Shown piece after piece: positions 35,979 through 47,400 of a DNA stretch of 59,011 bases. Location of the stretch: contig NW_005201286.1 of NCBI RefSeq assembly GCF_000372725.1, positions 186,001-245,011 of the forward strand. The letters run 5' to 3'. Every line of letters starts with the position of its first letter. Position 1 is the stretch's first letter. A model generated the notes under the pieces. It was not told where the DNA came from. It was given only the letters and a program-made list of their open reading frames with translations, and made no database searches. A program made the position numbers and the translations under genes. Source of the DNA: Emiliania huxleyi CCMP1516 (Eukaryota).

Positions 35979-37120
35979 GAGGGCCCAACTTCAGAATCGT
36001 GCTTTTTTGGGTTAGGGACGAGCGCGAAGGACCGATTGCGGTGAAGGACCGCAGGTTAGGGACCGATCGCCGCCGCTCACGCCAGCGGACGGTCTTCGTC
36101 AGTGATGTTAGCTACGCCACCGTCTACCTCGTGCGCAATGCGCTCGCCGGCATCGAGCGAGCAACGTGTTCGACCGAGCGGCTTGCTGTGCGGACGGCTT
36201 CTTGTGGCTCTCGTCGAGAGCGTTTTGCGGCCCGGCGGGTGGGAGAGCATGTGTCGTCTGATGTGTCACTGTGTACGTCATATCAGTCTTGATAACAAGT
36301 ACGGTCGATCCGTCAAAGCGATACACTCGTCACGATCACGTTGGACGGCTTGCACAGAGCTCTGTGCCGGCACGCATCAGGAAGACCGCCGTACGGCAAG
36401 AAGAGCTCGATGGGGAGCGAGAACCGTCAGAGGTGCTCACGGAGGTTTCGGAAGTCCGCCATGGTGCGGTCAGTTCCCCCCAGGTTTGACTGCGTAGGTC
36501 GCGGAACTCGTTGAGTACTCGCAGCCTTTCTGCGCCTCCGTCTGGGCATCGGCTGCTCGGCAAGAGCAGTCTTTCCGGAAGATATCGACGGTTTTCGAGA
36601 GCCACCCGCTTGGGAGCGATTGAGCGCGTCACGGAGGACTTCAGGTTACCCTTGAAGCTCCTCTGACGGTTCTCGCTCCCCATCGAGCTCTTCTTGCCGT
36701 ACGGCTCGGTTCCTGTTGCTGGCACAGAGCTCCCGTGCCAGCCGTCCAACGTGATAGGAACGAGTGTATCGCTTCGACGGATCGACCGTGCTTATTATCA
36801 AGACCGATGTGACGTACACAGTGACACATCAGACGACACATATTCTCCCACCCGCCGGGTCGCAAAACGCTCTCGACGAGAGCCACAAGAAGCCGTCCGC
36901 ACAGCAAGCCGCTCCTCGGACAGGCGAGCTCGCTCGATGTCGGCGAGCGCATTGCGCACGCTTTGAACGGTGGCGAAGCCAAAAACACCGATGGTGGCCG
37001 TCCGCCGGCGTATGCGGCGGCGATCGGTCCCTAACCATTCGCCCGCGGTCCCTAACCCAAAAGTGGTCCGCTGCGCTTTGGTCCCTAACCAAAAAAGCAC
37101 GATTCTGAAGTTGGGCCCTC
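35979..37120. mobile_element. Foldback element, ~450-bp inverted arms, 5-bp TSD AGGCC
   Basis: Ends GAGGGCCCAACTTCAGAATCGTGC and its reverse complement. The empty site is visible in repeat A2 (~39823-39840). Confidence 0.9.
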
Positions 37121-37380
37121 AGGCCCCAGGGTGGGGGCCACCTCGAACCCCCGGCCAGGGATTCGAGCGGAGGGTGCCCCGGATTCATCTATCCGTTGGG
37201 CCCCGGCACCTATTTTAGAACTGATCACTTTGCGCAGCAACCGTCGGCCGCCGCTTTTTAGCTGGACGGCGGTACGCTGCGCCGTCGCTCTGTCGACTGT
37301 CGTGCACGCTCTCGTGCCTCGTTGTTGTGACACGGGAGTAGAGTCGAGAGGTAGCCCTCGACGAGACGACCGGCGCTGCG

Positions 37381-38481
37381 ATGCCAGACCTCACTGCCGC
37401 CGAGCTCAGCATTCCGGCCGAGCAGCACCCCGATCCCCGCTCAACAGTGGTAGGCTCTACCCTGCGCTTCATTCCGTGGTCTGTGGTGGGCAATCCGGCC
37501 TTCCTCAATCTGCCCCCTCCTCCTCCGGGGATGCAACCGTCATGGGTCCAGATTCCGCAGTGGGTCGCCATCAGTGCGCTGCTCCCCTTCAGTGAGCCCG
37601 AGCCCGCTGTGGCCACCCACTTTGACAGGCTCAGCGTCTTGCGGCTGGCCGTATTGGCCGCGGCTTGGCGCCGCATCCTCGGTGCCTTGTCCGACCTCGG
37701 CGTCTTCAGCACGGTGCACGTGGATGAGGATGCGTTCCGTACGGTGTGCATCCAGGCTCTGCACTCCCGCCAAATCCCGGTGCCCGAGCTCTATCTGCAG
37801 TGGGGCGATTTGGGGTACTCTGAGGCGATCGTACCCTTGGGACCAGCGCCATCTGCAGAAGCAAAGGCCGTCGACTTCTTGCAGTACGCGACAGTCGGGG
37901 CTCTTTGCGACCCTACGGCCGACGTCCCGTTCGCAGCCCTGTCTGACATGACCCGCTGCTTGGGGCCCGTCTTCACGGCGGCAGCGCGCGTCGATCCCAT
38001 GGGGAGCGCCGTCGTGGGGGCTGCATCGCTCGCCGCCGCCGCTGGTCACATCACTCCGCGAGCGAGCGATGGGCATCCCGCCCTGCTTGCTCGGCATGTG
38101 CTCAGCATGCTGAAGACTACCCGCTCGAGTTTCCCGGCCTACCTGAGGACCAACTCTTTTCAGAACTACTCTGCGGAGGTTGAGACTCGCGCCGAGTATG
38201 TGGGCGGGACCACCGTGGCGCGCGACCGAGTGGCCGAGCAGCGTTGCTCGCGCGCTATTGCAGCCAAGGCGCCGACGCTCGACTCCCTGCTCCGTGCGCT
38301 GCCTCGGCCAACGCCCCCGTCGGTCGTTTATGAAGCCTACCGGCAGCTCGTCTCGCTCTACTTTCCGACGGATCGGCGCCCTATGGACCTGCTCCTGACT
38401 GATCTGGATGCTCAGCTTCACGCGCGGCTACCCACGTTCTCGACGCGGCGGGGATCGTCGTCATCGACCCTTCGCAAGTGA
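37381..38481 (+). CDS. ORF1 (gag-position protein) of the split-repeat retroelement; 3' part degraded
   Basis: 366-aa ORF starting 50 bp after repeat A1; protein-like sequence continues in shifted frames. Confidence 0.55.
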   Translation: MPDLTAAELSIPAEQHPDPRSTVVGSTLRFIPWSVVGNPAFLNLPPPPPGMQPSWVQIPQWVAISALLPFSEPEPAVATHFDRLSVLRLAVLAAAWRRILGALSDLGVFSTVHVDEDAFRTVCIQALHSRQIPVPELYLQWGDLGYSEAIVPLGPAPSAEAKAVDFLQYATVGALCDPTADVPFAALSDMTRCLGPVFTAAARVDPMGSAVVGAASLAAAAGHITPRASDGHPALLARHVLSMLKTTRSSFPAYLRTNSFQNYSAEVETRAEYVGGTTVARDRVAEQRCSRAIAAKAPTLDSLLRALPRPTPPSVVYEAYRQLVSLYFPTDRRPMDLLLTDLDAQLHARLPTFSTRRGSSSSTLRK

Positions 38482-40381
38482 CGTTGGCGCCGCCCGACGC
38501 GCAGCGAGCCGGCGCGGCGGCGCCGTCGACGCCGACGGACTAGTACAGCGCTTGCCCAGCCCTTGCCCGCACGAAATTCAACCTAACTAAACTCAGCCAC
38601 TTGCTGCTAACCTACATCGCCTGTTCTCAACAGACGCTCGGGCGCGCCACCACGGCCGGCTCCGCGCCAAACCCGGGCAACCTGTACGGCATCCAGCTCG
38701 GGCACGCCATCGCGGCCTGGCTCCGCGCCAAACCCGGGCAACCTGTACGGCATCCACCTCGAGCGCCTCGCCGGCCTCTCCCCCCGCAGACCGTCCTCAG
38801 TGGGGAGCGGCGAGGGCCCCGCCGGAGCCCGTGGCGGGAGGACCTCGTCGTCGCACCGGCGGCCGCTCGGCCTGAGCTGTGACCCTTGGGACCAGCCCCC
38901 GAGTGGATCAATGGACACCTCCATGCGGTGGTCGCCGTCCTTGTCAGCCGTCCTGAGCGGAGGCAAGGTTTGTTCGATCCAGGACCTCTTCCCCCGCAGA
39001 CCGCCCTCAGTGGGGAGAGGTGGGGCCCTTCCTCCCGCAGATCGCCCTCAGCGAGGAGGGGCGATCCCATCAGGAGGTCGTTCCGTGCGACTCGGCTCCC
39101 CCCCCGCAGACCGCCCTCAGTGGGGAGCCCTCCTTTTCCTGGGCGCACATGGTGGTGGCGGCGACGATACTCCAAACCGGCGAAGGCATGGGCAGCTCAA
39201 GGAGGCGACCGCTGGCCCTCTCCTGTCGGACTGATGGCCCGAAACAACTACCAAGACTTTGTCGAGCTCAACGTCTCTACCTGTGGCGCGACCGACGCAA
39301 CTGCGGAGGTGTTAACTGCTGTCGGCAACAGCCAGCCGGAGGGCAACCTCGTTAGGAGGCTAGAGATCTCCCTCATCCGGAGGGAGGATCGCCCTGCCAC
39401 AGCTACGCGAGCGACGCCAGCTTGCGAGACGTTCAATTCGAGCATTCGGGCCGCGCGACCTATGGAGACGCAGCCAGAGGCAAGCGTGGGCGCTGCCCAA
39501 GCGGATCGCCGGCAACTAGTGCCGCCCGCGCCTGGCGCGACCGCCTTCAAGCGCGGGCGGCCCGTGACTTTGCTCCATCAAACGGGACAAGGCAAAAACA
39601 CAGTTGCACAGATACATGCCGGCGGCGCGACTCCCCCCCGCAGATCGCCCTCAGTGGGGGAGACCGCGACACCGGTGACGGAGCGCAGTTGGGAGTGTCT
39701 TCGGCTCACGCCAGGGCGCTCGTTGCTCCTCCGTCTCTTTGTATCTTCCATACTGCATTTATCAGAAGACGTATGGTTCTTGCACTTGTGCAAGATTGGG
39801 CGTCTTCTGCCGCAGTCCCTTTGATGGGAGGCCCCAGGGTGGGGGCCACCTCGAACCCCCGGCCAGGGATTCGAGCGGAGGGTGCCCCGGATTCATCTAT
39901 CCGTTGGGCCCCGGCACCTATTTTAGAACTGATCACTTTGCGCAGCAACCGTCGGCCGCCGCTTTTTAGCTGGACGGCGGTACGCTGCGCCGTCGCTCTG
40001 TCGTGCACGCTCTCGTGCCTCGTTGTTGTGACCCACCCTGTCCCACCCGTGTGTGATCAGTGTCTACGGAGGGAGTGTCTTCGGCTCACGCCAGGGCGCT
40101 CGTTGCTCCTCCGTCTCTTTGTATCTTCCATACTGCATTTATCAGAAGACGTGCCTGCCATCCCGTGTCGCGGAAGGGAGCCGGCTCGGGTTCGGGTTCT
40201 GAGGCTGCCCATGCTCGGTGGATCTCTCTTGTTCTCCCCGACATGCCAGTTCAGAGTGTCCCTTGTAATGCGGCAGATTTGTTTTCTCGAATTCTCTCGG
40301 CGCGCAGCCAACCACGACTCAGTCGGCAGGTCGGCAGGTCAGCGCTTCCGAAACCGTTCCAGCAGGAGGCTGCGCTTCGCA

Positions 40382-40990
40382 ATGAGCCGCCTCATCCGCT
40401 CCTTCACCGACTTGCGCGCCCGCAATAACGCCGGCGAGGACGTCGACTTTGGCGCCTTTGCAGACAAGGTAGTCCTCGTCGTCAATGTAGCGAGGCACTG
40501 AGACACGAGGGAGGTGCCGGGCCTCGTCGGGCTGGGAAGCAAGTACTTTGAGAAGGGCCTGCGCGTGCTCTTCTTTCCGTGCAACCAGGCACAGTCCAGT
40601 TCCAGTCTACCCACCACCACTGTTGCGACGCCTCGCCCTCCCCGGGCCCATCCCACCCACCGCGGTCTACCCACCGCCGCCTCGCCCTGCCCGCCCCAGT
40701 TTGCCTCCGAGGAGCCCGGCACCGCGGCCGACATCAAGGCCTTCTACGTCGACGCCCACAAGTTGCCGGCGGCGTCGCTCATGGAGAGAGTCGATGTGAA
40801 CGGCGCGAACACGCACGAGGTCTACAAGTTCCTGAAGGGCACACCCGAACTTGGTGAGAAAATCGAGTGGAACTTCACCAAGTTCGTCGTCGGGCGTGAC
40901 GGACAGGTTCTGGGACGGTATCCCCAGCGGACGAAGCCAAAGGACTTTGACAAGATGTTTGCCGAGATGTTTGCGCAGGCGGAGAGCTGA
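40382..40990 (+). CDS. GPX: Selenocysteine glutathione peroxidase; UGA-Sec at 40499-40501; GC-AG intron 40589-40699
   Basis: KVVLVVNVARH-UGA, FPCNQ|FASEEPG, VDVNG, IEWNFTKFVV; SECIS in the 3'UTR. Confidence 0.9.
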
Positions 40991-41029
40991 TGTGTCCGAA
41001 CTGTCTCTGAGCGCGGCGGGCAGTGGTCA

Positions 41030-41109
41030 CACACAGGTGACGCATGACGGGCTCGCGGAACAGGCCCATCTTGGAGCCACCGCGAGCGCTGAAGACCTGC
41101 ACCTGTGTG
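41030..41109 (+). promoter_or_regulatory. SECIS element (type II-like)
   Basis: Helix I CACACAGGTG/CACCTGTGTG; core ATGA (41044) ... TGAA (41090); helix II GCTCGCGG/CCGCGAGC; unpaired AA at 41059-41060; small apical stem. Confidence 0.9.
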
Positions 41110-41562
41110 GGAGCTATTGGTCGCCGGCTCTGTCCTGCTCTCTTTTGGTGAGAAATCGCGTGTGTGACACACGAGTGTGCGCGTGACGCGTGCTGGACGC
41201 GTGTCGTGTGTGTGTGTGCGTGGTGTGCGTCTCCCTGTGTGACTGTGTGCACGTGGAAGAGCGCCCACCAATAAATACACGAGCGAAACAGTGCTATGAA
41301 AAGGCACACCTATGGGACGACATCAGTACACGGCCGTGGGCAGATGACTGCTTCGCGGCGCCGGCCACCGCGCTCGCACTGCGCGGCGGACCCCAGCTTC
41401 CGAGAGCGCGCCCCTCTCAACGCGCGCTCGCATGCGCGCGCCCCACCCGTGTCCATGTCGCAAAACGCACGCCCGCACACCCCATGCGCTAGCCTCGCCC
41501 TCCCACAGTTTCCCGCCTCTAGTACGCATCTCATGCCTCCGCATGCGAGCTCCTGCTGTCGG

Positions 41563-42582
41563 CTACCGCCGCTTCGCGGCTCTGCCCTGCTGCTGCTGCT
41601 GATGATGATTTTCGGAGGAGAGGAGCGCGTCGATCGGCGGCCTGCGGGTTGGAGACAGAAAGCTGGAGCCGAGAGACGCGGGGCGATGGGAGACGGGGTT
41701 CGCAGCGTCGGGCCAGCCCAGCGACAGGGTTCGGTGTCTGCCGGTGTGTCGCCCGCCGCGACCACAGTAGCCCCTGGGCGTAAAGGGGTACTGCGGTCTT
41801 TTAGGCGTGCCGCATCTAGGGAGTGCGTGCGTGCGGAGGAAGCGGAGCACGCCCGAGGCGAGAAGGTAGAACCAGAACGAGTTGAGGACGAACGGGATCG
41901 GCATCGTCGCCCACGCGACCACAAAGTCTGCCCTCGAGAAGGCAGCGTACGAGCAGTCCGCCATCTTGTAAAACAGGTACGGCGACGGCAGGATGCGGAC
42001 CACGAAGAAGGAGACGGCCCACGCGACGCCGTTGACGAGGTAGAGGCGCGAGCGCTCGTGGCCGAGCTTCAGCAGGATGATGCGCACGTGCTGCCCGATG
42101 TTTGTCACCTCGGTGCAGACAAAGAAGAGGACGACGAGCAGCGCGCGGTGCCGCAGCGTCGCGTACGGGAAGAAGAGGATGGAGAGGAGGTGGTGGCCGA
42201 GCAGCAGCGGGTGGCGGACCTGCTTGTGCGCGAGGCAAAACACCGTGTCGTACGCCATGTACCCGCACGAGAGGCCGACGGCGCGCAGCGCGAGCGGCGT
42301 CGGCGCTGCCGCCAGCGCGGTCGCGTGGTCAGAGATGGGAAGCTCCCACAGCGCCTGCACCGCGAGGAACGGCGCCGTCAGCGCCGGAAAGAGCGAGACG
42401 ACCGAATTCGTGAGGAAGACGAGGTCGTCGGCGGAGCGATTGGCAGCGACGACCGGCGCGATCAGGCCTCGCCACAGCACCAACAGCACACACGACGCGG
42501 CAAAGCTCCAAGAAAAGGACTGGAAGAGGATGGTCGCCTCGTCGCCGAGCGTCTCCTGGATGTAGGGCAGCGGCAGGAGCAT
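41563..42582 (-). CDS. TLC (TRAM/LAG1/CLN8) domain membrane protein
   Basis: GYMAYD, LLGHHLLS, TEVTN, FFVVRI and LNSFWFYLL motifs with several TM segments; 3' end uncertain. Confidence 0.8.
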   Translation of the reverse strand: MLLPLPYIQETLGDEATILFQSFSWSFAASCVLLVLWRGLIAPVVAANRSADDLVFLTNSVVSLFPALTAPFLAVQALWELPISDHATALAAAPTPLALRAVGLSCGYMAYDTVFCLAHKQVRHPLLLGHHLLSILFFPYATLRHRALLVVLFFVCTEVTNIGQHVRIILLKLGHERSRLYLVNGVAWAVSFFVVRILPSPYLFYKMADCSYAAFSRADFVVAWATMPIPFVLNSFWFYLLASGVLRFLRTHALPRCGTPKRPQYPFTPRGYCGRGGRHTGRHRTLSLGWPDAANPVSHRPASLGSSFLSPTRRPPIDALLSSENHHQQQQQGRAAKRR

Positions 42583-42915
42583 GCCAACCCGGCACGCGCT
42601 CCTCCCGGGACCGAGGGTTGAGCAAACCCTGGCCCCACAAAGCGCCGGCGAAACTACTCGGAAGCCGAGGAAGAAAACCCCGTTTCTGGTCGAGTTCAGG
42701 ACCCCACGCGCTAGTGTGCGTGTTGGTGTCTGCAACCTCCTGGACCCCTAACAGCAAGGCGGCCGGCGGGGGGCGAAGAGGGAGGGGGGGTCTGGTCCTG
42801 TCGGCGGGAGGCTTGGTCTGCCAGCAGGCGAAGAGCACGTTGTCGGTACGCGAGAGGGGACAGTTTTTTTAGCAATACCAAACAACTCTAACACTCACAC
42901 GTCATTTGGGGCCTG

Positions 42916-45900
42916 GAGCCCTCGTTTTGTGTAGTTTATGGTGGTTTAAAGTTTGCGGGGGGGGACAGCTTTGGGCGGTCGACTTCAATTTTGGGGGGTT
43001 TACGACGGTTTTGGGGATCCTGCCGACGCGCTACAGTTGTAGTCCCACTGCACGCAAAATGGACACCGCAACGGGAGGGCACTCGCAGCAGGCGGGGCCG
43101 AATCCTGCAGCCTTAGTCGTGGCCCGATCCGGCGGCATGCCACGGGTAGGCGCGTTGAGGCTTGCCGCCTCCTCTGCGCCAACGCGGCCTGTGCCGCAGC
43201 TTGCGTTTGCTGCCAGACAAGAGGAGGAGCAGAGCCGTTTGGCGATAGGGCCAGGCAATCGCATTCGCCCCGTGGGCGTTGCGGACTCGAGCAACACCCA
43301 GGTCGAGGTTGCTGCGCCTCTTGGCGCAGTGACGCAGCATCGCACGCTTGTTGCGGGCGATGGAGCATCGACGGCAGCTGGAATCCTGGCTCTTCCGGAT
43401 GCGGGTCCGGCGGCATTTGCGGCGGGGTGCGGGCGCACCACCTCGAAACGATCGTCCGCAACAAAATAAAATGGAGCTGCACACGCCATCCTCGTCGATC
43501 TCCTTGCTGGCTTTTCGCCTCATAATCGCGAGCGGATGGTCGCGGGTCGGTTGCGAGGGGCTCAGCCTGGCTAGCCAGGTCCGCCTGGGCGCCTCCAGTC
43601 TTGCTTTTGCGGTGACCATTCTTCTTTTGGTTGGCAGAGGTGTTTGCGTGCGGTCTGTCAGTTGCTGCTGATAGCCGGTTTTCGCCTCATAATCGTGAGC
43701 GGGTGGTCGAGGGTCGGTTGCGAGGGGCTCAGCCTGGCTAGCCAGGTCCGCCTGGGCGCCTCCAGTCTTGCTTTTGCGGTGACCATTCTTCTTTTGGTTG
43801 GCAGAGGTGTTTGCGTGCGGTCTGTCAGTTGCTGCTGATAGCCGGTTTTCGCCTCATAATCGTGAGCGGGTGGTCGAGGGTCGGTTGCGAGGGGCTAAGC
43901 CTGGCTAGCCAGGTCCGCCTGGGCGCCTCCAGTCTTGCTTTTGCGGTGACCATTCTTCTTTTGGTTGGGAGAGGTGTTTGCGTGCGGTCTGTCAGTTGCT
44001 GCTGATAGCCGGTTTTCGCCTCATAATCGTGAGCGGGTGGTCGAGGGTCGGTTGCGAGGGGCTCAGCCTGGCTAGCCAGGTCCGCCTGGGCGCCTCCAGT
44101 CTTGCTTTTGCGGTGACCATTCTTCTTTTGGTTGGCAGAGGTGTTTGCGTGCGGTCTGTCAGTTGCTGCTGATAGCCGGTTTTCGCCTCATAATCGTGAG
44201 CGGGTGGTCGAGGGTCGGTTGCGAGGGGCTAAGCCTGGCTAGCCAGGTCCGCCTGGGCGCCTCCAGTCTTGCTTTTGCGGTGACCATTCTTCTTTTGGTT
44301 GGGAGAGGTGTTTGCGTGCGGTCTGTCAGTTGCTGCTGATAGCCGGTTTTCGCCTCATAATCGTGAGCGGGTGGTCGAGGGTCGGTTGCGAGGGGCTAAG
44401 CCTGGCTAGCCAGGTCCGCCTGGGCGCCTCCAGTCTTGCTTTTGCGGTGACCATTCTTCTTTTGGTTGGCAGAGGTGTTTTCGTGCGGTCTGTCAGTTGC
44501 TGCTGATAGCCGGTTTTCGACTCATAGACGTGCAGACAGGGTTGCCAGGTGAGAGCGAATGGCGCGGCTGCCCCTGCAAAATGATGTTTATGGAGGTTTA
44601 AAGTTTGCGGGGGGGGACAGCTTTGGGTGGTCGACTTCAATTTTCGGGGGTTTACGACGGTTTTGGGATCCTGCCGACGCGCTACAGTGTTAGCCCCACT
44701 GCACATAAATAAGATGGACACCTCAACGGGAGGGCCCTCGCAGCAGCCGGGGCCGACGCCTGCAGCCTTAGTCTTGGCCCGATCCGGCGGTATGCCACGG
44801 GTAGGCGCGTTGAGGCTTGCCGCCTCCTCGGCGCCAACGCGGCCTGTGCCGCAGCGTGCGATTGCTGCCAGACAAGAGGAGGAGCAGAGCCGCTTGGCGA
44901 TAGGGCCAGGCAATCGCATTCGCCCCGTGGGCGTTGCGGACTCGAGCAACACCCGGGTCGAGGTTGCTGCGCCTCGTGGCGCAGTGATGCAGCAGCCCTG
45001 GCAAAATGATGTTTATGGAGGTTTAAAGTTTGCGGGGGGGGACAGCTTTGGGCGGTCGACTTCAATTTTGGGGGGTTTAGACGGTTTTGGGGATCCTGCC
45101 GACGCGCTACAGTGTTAGCCCCACTGCACATAAATAAGATGGACACCTCAACGGGAGGGCCCTCGCAGCAGCCGGGGCCGACGCCTGCAGCCTTAGTCTT
45201 GGCCCGATCCGGCGGTATGCCACGGGTAGGCGCGTTGAGGCTTGCCGCCTCCTCGGCGCCAACGCGGATTGTGCCGCAGCGCGCGATTGCTGCCAGACAA
45301 GAGGAGGAGCAGAGCCGCTTGGCGATAGGGCCAGGCAATCGCATTCGTCCCGTGGGCGTTGCGGACTCGAGCAACACTCGGGTCGAGGTTGCTGCGCCTC
45401 GTGGCGCAGTGCTGCAGCATCGCACGCTCGTTGCGGGGGATGGAGCATCGGCGGCAGCCGGAATCCTGGCTCTTCCGGATGCAGGTCCGGCGGCATTGCC
45501 CCTGCAGACTGATCTTTATGGTGGTTTAAAGTTTGGGGGGGGGGGGGGGGACAGCTTTGGACGGTCGAATTCAATTTGGGGGGGTTTGGGGATCCTGCAC
45601 ACAAGATGGACACCTCAACGGGAGGGCCCTCGCAGCAGCCGGGGCCGACGCCTGCAGCCTGCCTTAGTCTTGGCCCGATCCGGCGGGATGCCACGGGTAG
45701 GCGCGTTGAGGCTTGCCGCCTAGGAGGGGTGCGAAGCTGTGGCGTGGGGATACACGTTCGCTCCAGCGCCAGCCGTGCCACTGCCGCCAGAGGCCGCTGC
45801 TCGGCTGCAGGACGCGTCGCTAGCTACCGCAGCAAACGCTGCACAGAGAGCGACCTCGACTGTCGCGTGCCTCGAGGAGCTCGATCGGCAGTCCGCTGGG

Positions 45901-46188
45901 CCCGTGCCACACAGCTGCTCCTTCGTCGATGCCAGCAGCGGCGATGCTGATGCGGTTTGCTGCCACAATGTCGGTGGCTGCTGCACAGTTGCTCGACCAG
46001 GCGCCTTGCTCTGCGAGAGTCACGCTGAGGAGGCCTTTGCTGATATGGACCGAATGGACGACGACGTGGCGCGATGCGGCTAGGAGACGTGGCGTCACTG
46101 TCATCGGTGCGGCGCTGGCAGGGGGGCGTGGTCCGAGCTTCATTGGCGGAGACTTATCGAGCGACGCCCCTGCAAAATGATGGCCCTC
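42916..46188. repeat. Composite repeat block: four ~200-500-bp related units surrounding a 167-bp array
   Basis: Units beginning TTTATGG(T/A)GGTTTAAAGTTTG at ~42934, 44587, 45012 and 45515, plus a short copy at ~47432. Confidence 0.8.
43512..44519. repeat. 167-bp tandem repeat, 6 copies
   Basis: Near-identical units; the same ORF recurs every 167 bp (43644, 43811, 43978, 44145, 44312). Confidence 0.95.
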
Positions 46189-46411
46189 TGACGCCGTGTA
46201 GCAACAACAAACAACGCGGAGACCACACGCTGATCGCGGCCACCTTCATGGCGTGTCAAGAGGTCACAGGTCAATGCTCGCGCGGGCGCTTTGCGTTACC
46301 GTGAGAGCTGTTGGCAACGGTCAGATCGACGGACGCTCAAGATTTAGAATTTTGCCCTTCGTGAAAAAGAAAATTAGTCGCGGACTTTTCCAGCTTCTTC
46401 GAGGCGTGCCG

Positions 46412-47400
46412 ATGTATCGCGTCGGCCTCTGCCTGGCGCTGCTGCCCGCCACAGCGAGCCTGTCCGTCGCCGTGTCCCAGCAAGGCTGTGCCAGCCGTCC
46501 TCGGCTGCGGAGCCACGCGATCACCGCCAGCCTCGCAGACGAACCCGGTGCTTTGCCTCGCGCTCGGCTGGCCCTGCTCGGCACCAGTGCTTTGTGGAGC
46601 ACCTATCCAACCTTTGCGAAGCTCATCTTCGCCGCCGACGGCGTCGCCCTCACGCCCACCGCAATCACCGCCGTCCGCTTCGCCATCATGGCGATAGCAG
46701 GCCAGTTCATCCTCGCCCAGCAGCCGGCGAGTAGCAGCTTAGGAGCAGCGGACAGCAACAGTGGCGGCGGTGCGAACGGGGGTGCGAACGGCAGTGGCGG
46801 CGGTGAGGGCGTCGGCTTTTGGATAGCCGCCACGGAGCTCGGCATGTGGGGCTGCGCGGGCACGCAGCTCAACTCGATGGCTCTGCTGCAGCTGTCGGCC
46901 GTGCGCGGAACGCTGCTCCTCGCCAGCGTCAACATCCTCACGCCGCTCCTCCAGGCGTGCATCGGCTCGAGCGACGAGCAGCGCCGGGTCGCCCCGCGCA
47001 CCTGGGCCGCCTGCGCACTCGCCCTCGCCAGCACCGCGTTCGCAGTACAGAGCGGCGGCGCGGCGGGCGGCGCGGCGGCCTTCTCCTCGGCCGACGCGTC
47101 GATGCTCACGGCCGCCCTGTGCTACGCGCTCCAAAAGGTGCGGCTCAGCACCTTTGCCCAGACCTATCCGGCGGCCAGGCTCGCTGCGGGCCGCCTCCGG
47201 ACGCAGGCCGCCGCCGCCTGCTCCTCGGAGCCTGGGGCGAACGCGACTTACTGTTGAGCAGTTCGGAGCCCAATAGGCCGCCATCGTGCTGCTCGGCCTG
47301 GGCGGCGCGGCGCTTGTGGGCGGCTTGCCAGAGGCGGCGGTGTCGGCCTCCCTCTCCTCCGTCGCGAGGTGGGCGGCGCAGCTGTCGCCGACGCAGGCCC
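46412..47400 (+). pseudogene. EamA/DMT-family transporter with N-terminal targeting peptide, 3'-truncated
   Basis: Signal-like MYRVGLCLALLPATASL, LWSTYPTFAK, AVRFAIMA, ELGMW. GC-AG intron 47207-47276. Runs into repeats at ~47415. Confidence 0.65.

Larger units (their letters stand above)
35952..40152 (+). mobile_element. Split-direct-repeat (Ngaro/PAT-type tyrosine recombinase) retrotransposon, internally deleted
   Basis: A1 35952-37331 (interrupted by a foldback element), B1 39691-39772, A2 39807-40032, B2 40071-40152, giving the A1-ORF-B1-A2-B2 layout. No RT or YR motif recognised. Confidence 0.8.

Noticed and set aside
39180..39300. Tyrosine recombinase C-terminal motif in the split-repeat element
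   Set aside because: RWPS...Y only loosely resembles the GRWxS...Y box, and the upstream HSLR motif is absent.
38780..39662. CRISPR-like repeat-spacer array from the 28-bp motifs
   Set aside because: Spacing is very irregular and the repeats are degenerate; kept only as a motif observation.
43512..44519. CRISPR-like array
   Set aside because: Units are contiguous and near-identical with no unique spacers, and no cas genes are present.
46999..47280. TGA at 47255-47257 as a second selenocysteine codon
   Set aside because: It falls inside an inferred GC-AG intron (47207-47276), and no SECIS was seen.
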